From contig NC_087438.1 of assembly GCF_036321535.1 (NCBI RefSeq), forward strand, positions 4,960,001 through 5,024,000: a DNA stretch of 64,000 nt, given 5' to 3'. Shown here one piece after another: positions 49,291 to 62,229 of this stretch; position 1 is the first letter of the stretch, and every line of letters begins with the position of its first letter. A model generated the notes under the pieces. It saw only the letters and a program-made list of their open reading frames with translations. It was not told the origin of the DNA and made no database searches. Origin of the DNA: Camelus dromedarius (taxonomy: Eukaryota). The translations under genes were made by a program, and so were the position numbers.

Positions 49291-50269
49291 CATCCTCATT
49301 CCTGACCTCAAACACTTTCCAAGACCCAAACTTGTATTCGAAACTAGTGACGGTTCTTGGCACCACAACTTGTACCACCTGAATGGTTGCTTTTTCCCTG
49401 TAATGTAGGGTATGCTTTGGGTTCCTCTGGAACTATTTGACCAAAGTGACTCTGTATAGGAGACCTCTTTGCAATCAACATCTACATCGATGCAGTTCAG
49501 AATCAAATAAAATGTCTTCTGTTCAGTGTTTCCGTAACTCAATCAGTGCTGAACTGCAAATCAATAAAAGAGGTGGCTTGTTTTGAAATGGGAAGGAAAG
49601 GCATCCAGCTTTTGCCCATCTCACCCACCTTGAGTGCATAATATCTTATAAGCTGAAAATATATAAAGTTAATACCATTAACAATGTTGATATTTGTACA
49701 ACATGATATGTAAAAACATCAGAGAGAGCCAGGTGAGTTTGCACAATCTTCCTCAGCATAGCTGACCCTCTCTGAGCAGGGATGTCATCTGTCCTCCTGC
49801 ACTAGGGACACAGTCCAATTGGTGGAGCCATTTAACAAGGACCGCATCTTCCAGGCAGAGGGCCTGTCAGTTAAGTATGCATGTAAAGCAAACTTCCTAA
49901 CAAGAAGAATAAAACGTGCAGAAGTTGATTAAAATCTTGGATTCTTTTCCTGGCAGGAGTTAGAATAATTTATGCAATTTCCATCTAAAGTTTCCTGTCT
50001 GATTACACTGAGGAGAACAAAGTCATTAAAGGCAATTACCACGTTAATAGACAAGAGATTGAAAGCTGAGAACGCTGGAGGATGGGCAAGTCCGTCTTCC
50101 GGGCACACGTGGTAGTTTTCTCTTCTGCCTCTAGGTTTCCAAATAGATATGAATTGGTAATCAGCAGGTTTCAAATTCATAATGCAATCAAAATGCATAT
50201 TTGATTGAGCACCTCATTTAATAAACCAAGAAAATATTCACAAGTTGTGATAATTAGCATATACATTTT

Positions 50270-51945
50270 AATGTTTTTACTGAGTTATAATTATATACAG
50301 TAAAATGTGCAGATCTTAAGTGCACTCAGACAAGTTTTACAGATGTATACGGGGGAGGTAGAGCACATGCTTAGTGTGCAGGGAAGTCTGGGGTTCAATC
50401 ACCAGTACCTCCATTAGAAATAAGTAAACCTAATTACCTCCCCCCACCAAAAAATAATACATTTAAATTTTATAGATAATAATACATTTAAAAATAATAC
50501 ATTTAAAATAATACATAACAAATTTTTAAAAATATACAAACCCATGGAACCAACATCCAGTCAAGGCGTAGGGCACTGCCTTTACCCCGGACAGTCTCTT
50601 CATGCCTCTTGGAATATTTCCCTCCCCATACTTAGAGCACCTACCACACTGAGTTATATTCCCACAAATTAGTTCTTGAACATCTTAAAAATGGGAACAT
50701 ACAGAACATATCCATGTCTGGCTTCCTTCATTCAACATAGTACTTTGATATTCATCCACGTGTGTGTGTCAATAGTTCATTTCTTTCTACTGCTCAGTGA
50801 TATTCCATTGGACGAATATACTACAATTTGTTTATTGATTCTTCTGTTGACATTTGGAATGTTTAAGTTTCTTGCTTTTATAAACAAAGCTGCAGTAAAC
50901 ATTATTGTACAAATATTTATGTAGGCCTATATTTTCAATTCTACTGGGAAAAATAAATACCTTAGAGTGGAATTGCTGGGTCACAAGGTAGGTATCCATT
51001 TAATTTTATAAGAAATACTAGTTTTTCACACTGGTGGTACCGTTTCACATCCTACCAGCAAGCATGAGACATCCAGCTACCTGCATCCTCTCCGGCACTT
51101 GTTGGAAGTCACTTAAATTTAAACCATTTCAATGGCTGTATAGGGTTATCTCATTCTGGATTTAATTTGTGGTCCCCTGATAACAATGTTAAAAGGCACG
51201 TTTTCTTGTTATTAGCCATACTTATATCCTCATTTGTGAAGTATCTATCCAAGTCCTTCGACAATTTTTAATTGGATTGCTTTTATTTTTGATATGTCGG
51301 AGTTCTTTATACAATTTGGATTCAGATCTTTGTTATATACATAGATTGTGAATATTTCTCCTAGACTGTGATTTGCTTTTTTATTTTTTAACAAACTCTT
51401 TTTAAAGAGTGGAAATTTTTTATTCTGATAAAGTCCGGTTCACCTTTTTTTTTTCTGTTAGGGTTTCGTGTTTTTGCAATCTCTCTGATAAATATTTGAC
51501 TACACAGGCCACAAAGAAATTCCTCTATTTTTTGGTAGACTTTTTAAAATTTTAACTGTAAAATTTTGCCCAGTATCCATCAGTGTCTGTCAATTATCAT
51601 GTTAGGTATATATCAAGGATTAACTCTTTGCATACAGATGCTAGCGGTTCCAGCATCACTTGTTAGAAAGACTTTCCCTTCCCCATTGAGCTGCTTTGGC
51701 ACATTTGTCAAAATTAGTTTTGCTGCATGTATGCAGATCTGTTCATGGGCTCTGCTCAGTTTCCTAGATCTGTCTGTGCTTCTGCCTGAATCACACTGTC
51801 TTGATTATAAGGTAACTTTATAGTAAGTCTTGAAATGAGGAGTGCACATTTTAAAAATTTGTTCTTCTTTTTCAAGGCTGCCGTGGTTATTTTGAGTTCC
51901 TTACCTTTCCATATAAATTTTGGTATCAATTTTGGCATTTGTTAC
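50270..51945 (-). mobile_element. L1MC/ME-type 3' region
   Basis: Antisense L1: 'gtggaattgctgggtcacaaggtagg', 'cagcatcacttgttagaaagactttccc', 'cactgtcttgattat'. Confidence 0.85.
50351..50450 (+). mobile_element. Vic-1-type SINE lacking the A box
   Basis: gggggaggta is joined directly to gagcacatgcttag. B box ggggttcaatc and 'cctaattacctcc' tail are present. Confidence 0.8.
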
Positions 51946-52037
51946 TATCTTCAAAAGAGCCTGCTGTGATTGTTCAAGTTAAATGTCTCTTTTCTAATAC
52001 ATGCCTTCTAAGCAGCTATACCAAAATGGTAGGTTAA

Positions 52038-53290
52038 AAACAGCAGTTCTCCAAGTGTGGGAGGGAGAAAAATTGGGGCCCCCAAAAGCCTTCTGGGAGG
52101 TCTCCAAGGTCAAAACTTTCTTTAAGCCAAAGTTGAAGGGGGATGTCTTCCAGATGGCAACATAGGTTGTTCTGGATGTCAGCCTCCTCACAAGAAAACC
52201 AGCTGGCATCATCTGTTGACAAGACACTATTAAGAAAATACTAGAACCCAGGGATGAGGCTGAAGCACTCCGTGGACCACAGGGATGGAGAAGAACCATG
52301 TGTGAAAGGTGAGAGGAGCGGGTACACTCTGACCAATAGCTCCCGCACCCCCAGGCCGGCACAGCAAGGCCCCAGGAGGGCCCTCCTAGGCCTAGGGCTT
52401 CACCAGAAAGACACACGCTGTATGATCTCACTCATATCTGGAATCTAAAAGACCAGACTCAAAGAAAAGAGAGTAAACTGATGGTTGTCAGGAGCAGAGG
52501 CGGGGAGACAGGATGGGTAAATGTGGTTGCAAGTTACAAACTTCCGGGTATAAGATGAGTAAGTCCTGGTGCTGTAACGCACAGCATGGCGACTACAGCT
52601 ATCTCACCACAGAAAACAAGTGAGATGACAGATGAGGAGCTCGCCTTGTTTGGTGACCATCTCACAGTGCAATATACCTCACACCCTCCTGCTGTACACC
52701 TCACGCTTACACTGCACTACACGTCCATTATAGCTCAAAGCTGGGAAGAAACCCAAAGTCGTCATCCACCTCTTCATTCTCATCCTCTTATGAGAGTGCA
52801 GAGCACAGAAAGTTCATGGTCATGGTTTCAGACCACATTGTCATTAACCATCAAGGAAATACTGCTTTTGAGTTTGGGTGCAGTGACAAGCAGGCTGTGC
52901 ACAACAATCAGAGGAGGCTGTGAAAATTCCTCCCTTTCCCAGCATACATCTGTAGGAGGCCAGATTTTCTTTATCGTTTCAACCAAAATGACATAACAGA
53001 TTGAGTGCAGAGACAGATGTGAGAGTCCAGGTGTTGATCATTAAGCCAGGCACTGAGCAGATCTGCAAAAACTTGAAACAAAGCCGCTCATCTCGTTCAC
53101 TTCTGTTTGATTTGGGAGAATGCACTTTTTGAAAAATATGTTATTTTATACATATGCCATGGACATATTGTTAGGTTCAAATAAATAAGTATGCATTTTC
53201 AAAATTCCTCAGTTTTCATTTCTTATGAGATAAAATTGATCTAATTCATATCAACCAGTGCTCATGTGGTTTTAAACACATTTTGACAAT
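52038..53290 (+). mobile_element. Charlie1-type hAT DNA transposon fossil, interrupted by an L1 insertion
   Basis: 5' 'cagcagttctccaagtgtggg...ggtcaaaact'. After the insert, transposase C-terminal-like 'gaggccagattttc...aaccaaaa...agattgagtgcagag...gatgtgagagtccag...attaagccag'. Confidence 0.75.
52134..52749 (+). mobile_element. Chimeric / internally deleted L1: 5'UTR joined to an L1MA-type 3' end
   Basis: 52134-~52400 resembles an old L1 5'UTR (cttccagatggcaacatagg...gaacccagggatgaggctgaagcac). ~52400-52749 is an L1MA9/10-like 3' end. TSD aa(g/c)ccaaagt at 52124-52133 and 52750-52759. Confidence 0.7.
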
Positions 53291-54049
53291 TCTCTAGAAA
53301 TTTCTACATTTAATTTGCCCAGAAACCAACTTCTATGTCTTTTATTTTGAGGAGGGTTGCCACGTCAAATTGGATGGCAACAATCCCTTCCTCTTTCGGT
53401 ACCAGAATCGTCCATTTCTCTATTCATTTATTTAATATATAATTCATGTTCACATCTAATCTCTCCTCTAGAATTTGTGCCTTATTCAATAGAAATGATG
53501 CATAATTGAGAAATTTTTAATTCAATTCAATATAACATTTTGATGTAGATAAAAACCAGACAGGCCTGAGTATTTCTTCTCTTTCAAATGTCTGCACTCA
53601 AATAAGACTGTTTTACTTTTCCTTCCTTCATCCTCTTCTCTGACAATTCTTTTTAGAAAGGAAATATTAAATGATACCTAATTTAATTCATGGATTCTAA
53701 AATAGTTTGAATATTTTAAGGAACATTTGGGGACTCATACCAATCACCCATTCATCTTTCCCATTCTCCAAAAATGTGAAAAGAATAGACATAGATATTC
53801 GTGTTGTGAATTCCTTTCTTTAACAAACATATATTATGATTATTATGGAATCTGCCTATAGAATGTATCTGTATTCAATGAAGCAGCTATATAATTCTTT
53901 CTAAGAAAGCATTTGTTTTTAATGCACAGAAAAGTTGAAGACAGTAAACCAGCTAGCATGCACATGGGTCTCTGTGACATGAATGTCACCTCTACATAAA
54001 ACGGCAACACTGTCTTTTCATTGGAATCATCATCCTGAACAGAGATGAT

Positions 54050-54679
54050 GCAGGAAAGTGGATGTGGGGTGTGAGGAGGGCCATGTCCCAGGCTTCGGCT
54101 GAGCCCCTGGGATGTGCCCTGCCAAGTATGGGTCCTTGGCTTCGCATAGGAAAGAATTCAAGAGTGAGCCACAGTTGAGTGAAGGTAGATTTATTCAGAG
54201 AGATACGTTGAAAGGCAAGAGAAAGGCCACGAGGTGTGGGGGTTGGGTGCTCAGATTAAAAGTAGGTACACATTCTGCAGACAGAATGTGGGCCATCTCC
54301 GAAGAGGGAGAGAGAGGGGTGGCTGTGAGGCACCATGTTGCTGGTTTTTATGGGCTTGGGGGCTTCATATGCTAATAAGTGGGAGGACCAGTCTAAGTAG
54401 CCTGGGGACGGGGCTGGGGTTCCCGGGAAGTTGGCCATTTCCCACTCTGACCTTTTATGGCTAGCCTTGGGACTGCCATGGTGCCTGTGGGCGTGTCATT
54501 CACCATGTTAATATTATTACAATGACCGTATAATGAAGCTCAAGTTCTGTTAGAAGTTAAATCTCTCATCATCCTGAGCCTCAAGGCCTACCGGGGGTTG
54601 AATCTTTCACCATTTTGATGTCAATTGATGTAGCATTCCTTGAATATCTGTGCCCTGCCTCCTTCCATCCTGTCTCAGA
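54050..54679 (-). mobile_element. Solo ERV1-type LTR
   Basis: 'ggcttcgcataggaaagaattcaagagtgagcc...gtagatttatt' (antisense AATAAA); ends cctgtctca. Left boundary uncertain. Confidence 0.8.
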
Positions 54680-55989
54680 ATTATATCCTTTTTCCAGACT
54701 CACATGTTCAAAGTCATATTCTTCATACATCAGAAAGTCTTTAAAAAAGGTCTTAACATTTTGTGTAATTCAACTTCAACTTTACTCTGGAAAAAGATCT
54801 AAGCTTATCATAATTATTTCCACACAAAAATAGTAGTGGCTGCTCTGGTATATAAGTACATTGTAAACTCATATTTCCATGTGCCTTGAAAGGCTGGTAT
54901 TTTTCATGATACATGGCCACTTCCTTCACCAGGGCTAGGATGGACAGGCACACTCTCACATCATCTCGACAAAGAAAGCTGAGAACTTTGGACCCACGAC
55001 ATAGACAAAATGTAGGGACACATCTGATGCATCAAAATAAAGACACCGTACTGAGAAGAGGTGGGGGAACCACCTCCTGAAGGCTCATCTTGGAAACCTG
55101 CACCTGCCAGGTGCTGGTCTCTATCAGGATAAGGACAATGAATTACTGCAGAACTGAGAACGGAGAAGGGGAGAGGCCTCAGGACCTTGTTTCTGCACTA
55201 TGGAAACCCCTGACATGGCTCTTGCAGATGGAAACGGTGATCTGGTCCTCAGGCAGACACTTCTGGTGATGAACATTCACTACTCTGGGAGGCAACCCGC
55301 TCCATCCCATAGGCTGCAGCTTTCATTGGCTAAGTCAGCTTCTTTTTAACCAGCTTTAAGTCTACCTTCATGCAACGTCCACTTGTCATTCCTGTAAGTG
55401 AAAGGGAAGCGTAGGGATGAGGAAGTCCATGGGCCCTACTGGCCTGGGAGCACAGCGGGCTGATGCCTGTGAGTGAACATTCCGGGTCAGCTACAGTCAA
55501 AACAGGAAATAAACCATTAGCCTATTTTCAATGATAATGGACTCAGAATAGTACTCTTGTCTTTGAAAGAGTAGAAATTTAATATGTCCTTCTGAATTAG
55601 AGTGTCTGATTCTCAACAACGCAAATAGCTCACACCATCCTCTCTTAGTTCCCTCTTTGGTTTGGTTGAGGGAGATTTTGGAACCAAATCAACAACTTAA
55701 TCGTGCCTAGATCAGGCACCTTACCAACTGCCAATGGTTTGGCTTCAAAAGAAGCATTCCTCTGAAAAAGGATGGGTGTTACTGGGTACCACTCTTGAGT
55801 GACAATGTTCCCACTCATTGCCTTGTATTCCCCTTACTTATGTAATGTTTAGAGATTTCCAGACATTTAAATAAATAGATGCTGGCCCAGCCAGCCTTTT
55901 GTAATATGGTGAAGCAGTAAGAGTGAGAGATTTATTGGAAGAAAGGCACCTTGAAAACTCTTCTGACGTTTACGAAAAAAGAGACGTTC

Positions 55990-56350
55990 TGATTCCCCAT
56001 TAGACTCCTTCCCTCGCCTGTAACTTTATGTAAGACGGCTTATTTCACAGCCAATAAATGTTGAGAGCTAGGGTGTGCCAGACACTCTGCAAGGTACTGA
56101 AGGTAAAGCAGTGAACAATAATATGTAAGTCTAAATAAATACAATGCTTGTAACACTCATACCGTGCTTCCAAGGACACCAGGCAGTCTTCCAGGAACTC
56201 ACATGTATTAACTCATTTGATCTTTGCAATGACACTGTAAGGAATGTAATGTGGCAGAGAGTCAAGGATTGTGCCCAAAGGTACGCATCCAATAAAAGAT
56301 GAAGTCTACAATTTAGTAGAGTGGCTTTCAAATTCATCTGGTCTCCACCC
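55990..56350 (-). mobile_element. L2 3' end plus MIR fragments
   Basis: 'aataaatgttgagagctagggtgtgccagacactctg' is L2-like; 'aactcatttgatctttgcaatgacactgtaagg' is MIR-like. Confidence 0.55.
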
Positions 56351-58039
56351 CAGAATTAGAAATAACTTTTCCATCACAACTGGACACATGCACATGTGTG
56401 CACACACACACACTTACATGTATAGAACTGGGATTAAAGTTCTGCCAAAAGACCTGTTTTTACTGAGGTGAATACGCTCATGCTTTTTATTCTCTTCCGG
56501 TATATTCTAATTTTATGCAAAGAAATACACCTACATTAAATCTACTTGTTCTGTAACTGGCTGAGGAGTGAGGGCTTTTTCTTTTTTAATCAATTCTTAA
56601 ACAGAGTGACAATGGAGAATCAAAATGATCATAGCCTTTCATTAATAAAGGCATTATAAAAATATATAGTCAAATATCAAGTTTGTTTCAAATATCAGTT
56701 CATGTAGAAATATTTACACGCACATCAACATAGCTTCCTGTATCCAAACTGGAAAACTCGGGGAGTTGGCTTAATCAAAACAGATCACTTCAGTCTCCAT
56801 GTGTTCTCTTTGGGTAAGGAATTAATTAAGAAAGAATAACCTTACAACTTGCCCTGTAAACAAACTCATCTTGAACAGTCAACACATTTGATTCTTGGGT
56901 CAATAAAGCATGAATGAGATCCAGAAATTTTATTAGTTATCCTAATCCTAAAAAGAATAGTGTATCGATCATGATTCAGGTTGCTGCTATAGCGCAAACA
57001 CATGCAGCGTGTCCTTACTGCAGCCAGCGCTAAACTGACTGGGAAGAAACTGTCAGTGTTCACAGGCAAAATATTTCTTCCTGCATAAAAGGAGCAGAGA
57101 AAGGGGGGAAACTGTGAGAGCGGCAAGATCATAATTTTGTACCATCAAATAAAATTTCAAAGGCTCAGCCCCGCTCCCGGGGAGCTCAGAATGAAGAAGC
57201 TATTTGCATCTTATTTCCTACTGAGTCTTTTCTTCCTATATCAAGTGGAGGTGTCTGCCTCAGGGGGGAGTCCCCAGTTCATCTTGATATGTTTCTGATC
57301 ACAGAGGGTGTCTATGAATTTCTATTAAAAAATATTTTAAGAGCTAAACGAGCATATTCCTGACTCTTTCATTCTCTCCTTACTGACAGAGAATGAGTTT
57401 AATTTCTGCTAGACATCTGGGTATGGATTCCATCTGGATTTTAGGGTGCTAAGCAGTAAAACCCCTCATCCTTCAGCCCTAGAGATTTCCCCAGCAGAAT
57501 CTCAAAGCTCTGCTGACCAGGCAATGTGTATTTTGTACTTAATTACTGAACTCAAACTTGCAAAAGAGGTTAGCAGGTGTTTTGTGAGCCACGTCAAAAA
57601 ATGACCTATTTCTCATTAATTCACGTTAAACACTTAAAGCAATGCCTTAATGTGTCTAAATGGAATGGCTATATTTGTGGAAATAATGAGAATGTTCTTG
57701 TTACTGTTTCTAGTCCTTGGCGTAATTTCAGAACCCTTTGGCTATTTTTAGGATTTAAAAAATATATTAAAGGAATACATAGTCTTTTTTAGAAAACATG
57801 GAAAGTAAAGAAATATAAGCATAAGGGAATAAAATGTCTATAATCCCACAACCATAGTTTATCACTGACCATATATGTGCTTTACTTTAAATGCACATAT
57901 ATGTATATTTTACTTTAAAACTGAAATAATAGTGAGTAATACATATTCTGATTTTTCTTCAAGTTATGGAATAATTTTCGAGTGTTATACTTTTGTTAAA
58001 AGCATGAGAATGGTCCATCTTTTGAGTACTCAGTGTCAA

Positions 58040-58375
58040 TCCTTACCTCCAAATGTGTCTTATCCTCTCTCTCTCTGTCTCTACCTGAGGCTACNNNNNN
58101 NNNNNNNNNNNNNNNNNNNNNNNNNNNNNNNNNNNNNNNNNNNNNNNNNNNNNNNNNNNNNNNNNNNNNNNNNNNNNNNNNNNNNNNNNNNNNNNNNNNN
58201 NNNNNNNNNNNNNNNNNNNNNNNNNNNNNNNNNNNNNNNNNNNNNNGCCCTATTTCTGGTTTACAGACAGCTGTCTTTCTGCTCATGTGTGGAAGGGGTG
58301 AGGGATCTCTGTGGTCTCTTTTATAAGGGCACTCATCCCATTCATGAGGGCTCCACCCCAGTGATCTGTTTCCCC
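58040..58375 (-). mobile_element. MLT1A/B-type LTR spanning a gap
   Basis: 'ctcttttataagggcactcatcccattcatgagggctccaccc' is antisense MLT1. Confidence 0.7.
58095..58246. other. Assembly gap (152 N)
   Basis: Run of N. Confidence 0.99.
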
Positions 58376-59884
58376 TTGCATTCTGCTGCCCCAAGCTTCC
58401 GATACCTTGTCTGCAAATCTGACTCTACACAGAAGTTTTCTCTGTATCCTCCAAAGACTTTCTTTGAATGCATGAACTTTGTAAATCCAATTTTTCACCC
58501 ATTTTGGTTCCAAATGAGTTCTTTTCAAGCTTAGAATTACATTAATTTGTGTGGCTTATGTATTTGGGGAAGCATATCTGATTCTCTGTCAATAGCAGGA
58601 AATAGGCAAAATATATACATTCTCCACCTTATAGACATAGCTTGAATATTTTTCCTTCTCATTTTATTTTGTAGCATTTTCTCATTACCTTTCAGCAGGA
58701 AATGACAGTCTCCTTTGAAAATAACTTTTATGTGTTAAAAGGATTGGGTGGCTTTATATGGCTGAGGTAATTTAAAATCAGAAAGGAATCCATTTTGCAA
58801 ATGTAATATGTGTAATGCTGTCTTTGGATTCTAGCCTAAAAGACCCTAATTCTTGTCATGGGCATTCTCTTTTTCAATTTCAAGATGGTGCCTTTCCATC
58901 TTGCTGGCCTTGGGATACAGGTTCCATCAACTTCAGAGATAGGGGCCCAAGTGGCAGTTAGTGCTGAATATTCATGGCAACGATCCTTCAAGGCCAGGGA
59001 GGACTCACCTGGGTTCTCCTTACTCTGCAGAGGATGTGGCTGAGTGCATCAGAATGATGCCTTCAAAGTTGCGTGTGTACCTATTTCATTCTCCATGTTC
59101 CTCTGACAGCAAGGGGCAGGAGAGGCGGTCAAATACACAGATAGCCTACTGTTGCTAGATTATGAGCTCCTGCTGGATGCTTGTTGTGCACAATAACCCC
59201 TTTAGCCACCAGGACCTTAGGAGGCGGTGTGACCAAGCACATGCACTGACAGCTGAGGCGCAGAGAGGTGAAGACATTGCCCGAGGCTGCACAAACAGTC
59301 AAGCAGTCAGTATGGAGTCTGTGTCTGCTGAACTCCACAGCCCAGGAGCTTCCACCGCTCCATCCTCCCTCTCCAAGACAACAGAGCCCAACCTCTGCAA
59401 GCCCGGGGGGCCTGGCCGCAGCCTCCCTCAGAGCCCCCGAGGGGACGTCACATGGGTTCTTCTTCACTTGCAGCTCCACTGCTCAGACCATCTCTTCCTC
59501 TTGGGGTCACATCGTCTCCAGTCCCTCTGTCCCTTCCTTTCTATTTCCCATTCTTTCTTCATAGCACTACTTTTCTGGAAGAGCATCAGTCCCAACAGTG
59601 ACAAAATGTAAGAATAGTGTTAACGGTAGCACTATTATGTTAAAATCATTCCTAAGCCAGGCTGGCTTGTGGCTCCTCCTCCAGTGTCCCTGGAAGGCTC
59701 TTGACCAGACTTTGGGGTAGGACATGGGACAAGAACTTCTTGGGGGCAGAGAAACAAAGAAAGAAGGAAGAGGAGAAATAAACGCAGCTTTGAATTCCAT
59801 CTCCCCTGTGCATTCTCTCTGCCATACATCTACAGCTCATTCCCTTTTATCCTTACCATCTCCCCATCTTCTGCCATCTTCTAA

Positions 59885-60008
59885 CTATAGTCGACCCTGA
59901 GAACACCAGAATCAAGGAAGCTCAAATCCCTTATAGAAAATCACCTCCTACAGTCAGCCCTCTGTATCAGTGGGCTCCAACTGCACAGATACAGGAGGCC
60001 ACCTGTAC
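59885..60008. mobile_element. Tigger/MER2-like fragment
   Basis: 'gctcaaatcccttatagaaaat' and 'tacagtcagccctctgtatc' resemble Tigger terminal sequence. Confidence 0.5.
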
Positions 60009-60399
60009 TGTCATGACTCTGAATTCTTGCAAAATATCCTTCTTTCCCCAGTTGTCAATGGATCTATGCAAGTTCTTCTAATGAAATAATGGTCCTGGCC
60101 CAGTCATATTCAGACAAGAGGGCCAGAGGTTAGCCCTATTGGGAAGGGGTACTATTTAAATATCTTGCAGAAAGTCTAACTCACGAAAGTTTCTTGATGA
60201 TCATTTTTCATGGGCTAGAATGACCCTGGTGAGCTGAATGCCACATCTGCCTGTGTCTGTGTCTCACTCAATTAGATGGTGTCTCCCTCTCTCTTCATTG
60301 GCAACATTTAATAAGCATGTAATGAATCATTTTCTTTTCCATCATCCCGGGGTCAATATTAGTCAACAAATAATTAAGTGATGGCTGAGTTCTACCACT

Positions 60400-60680
60400 A
60401 TGGTACCAATTTCAAGAATGCATGGAGAGTTAATCATGACCCACAATTTGAATTGAATTTGATGGATGGCCCCATTGTTCAGAGCAAAGTGGTAATAGAG
60501 CAAGGTTAGCTTTGATGCATTCCATTTTCACATCTTCACAACTTGACATAATAACTTCATAGAAATTTCTCAAAAATGTATTATTTTGTCATAAAAGAGA
60601 CATTGAAGAAGTATTACTGAATTTGATGTAGAAAAGACAAATCCAAGTAATTGCACGATTAATGGTGGTTTACATCTAGA
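60400..60680 (+). mobile_element. Possible hAT transposase C-terminal remnant
   Basis: Broken frames RARLALMH.. and 'gacattgaagaagtattactgaattt' (DIEEV..EF-like) resemble the end of the hAT dimerization domain. Confidence 0.3.
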
Positions 60681-62229
60681 GACACTGTGATTTTCCAATA
60701 GGTAGTGATTTTTGTTACCTTATTTGGACGCTATCTAAGTTCTTTGTATTTTCTCCAAGTTAGATTGTAAACTAGACACACCACCCCAGGAAGATGAATT
60801 ATGGCCATTTTAGTGGCCGGGGAGTATAAGTGACATCGAAATTTTCTAAATCACTCAAGGCGAACTGAATGGTTATATACTCAGGTGACTCAGAACACGG
60901 TGTTAAAAAACTCATACTATAGTTGTTGTAAGATCAATTGCTTGGTTCTCCAGATTTCAAACTTTTGTCAAACTAGCAAATCATATTCTCTGAAGACAAA
61001 GGTCAGGAATATATGTCATGTGTGACTGAAGTGGACATTATCAAATGCATGTGCCAACAGGCACAGAAAGAATTGCAGCACGAGGTACGGGATGACAGTA
61101 CATAAACCCACTGAGTGATTCAACCCCTAGGCTCACATGTGGCTTCTGGAGAGGTCTCTACCGAAAACAGCATCCCAAACCCCTTCAGAAGAGCCATGAC
61201 AGCCCTGGACCTCCTCTCGGAATGAGTGGAAAAGATCACTCCTGGGTGTGGTCAGTCTCCCAGAGAAATATCAGGATTGGACAATCACGGATAATCATTC
61301 CAGTTAAGCACATGTTCATACTTCGCTTCAGAATCGGTGGGCATTGTGGGGCACCTGGGCGCTCAGGACAGAATGGGCTGCTCCTCAGAGTTAGCTGCTG
61401 CCTGGGGTCTGTGTGAAAAAGATGCGCTCCATTCATGTCTCTGGGTGAAGCAGGTTTCCAAGGCTCTTAAGAAGAAAACCTCTGGAAAGAAGAATGTCCC
61501 TATATTTAGGATTCTGTGATTCAGCCTTCACTGAAGGAAGAGATGAGGAACAGGCATGGAAAAGAAAGAGAAAAGATCAGAAAGCAAGAGAAATCATTTA
61601 TAGGACTCAGGAGTTAATTACTTGAATTATGCACTTCCGAGAGAGACCTATGACTTCAGTATTTGAATATACTCATGCTTAGTAATTAAACATTTACTTT
61701 CACATGAGATTTGCTGAAAGAATGTTTCATATGATAGGAGATCTATTAATGAAAATTGTTATTTCATTTTTGATCGCCACTGATCTATTAATTTTTCCCA
61801 TTTATTTTGGTATCTATAAGTACAAGACAATTTATTTTTTATTTTGATTTTCACACATTTTGTATTAAATGGAAACTTTTAGATGTTCCTATACTTAATG
61901 TGGTTTTACTCTTATTTTCCTACCCATATTGCAACATGATTTCAGACCAGAGTTTTCAACTTGAAAGTTAAAATGCCATACTGTACCATTTTCAAAGTAT
62001 ACATATTTTTGAAACATTAGGAAAAAAACATGTGCTAAGAAATTTCAAAATGAATACATCCCTTAAAATGTATTTTTTTTACATTGGACATTATACATCT
62101 CTGCAAAATTTAGTGATCCTGCAAATCATATATTAATTTCATGTGTTTATTGTTTTATGTGTTTTATTATTTGAATTTATTTCTGTATAAATATTCCAAC
62201 TTACAAAATACCTCTTATTGTTCACTTCA

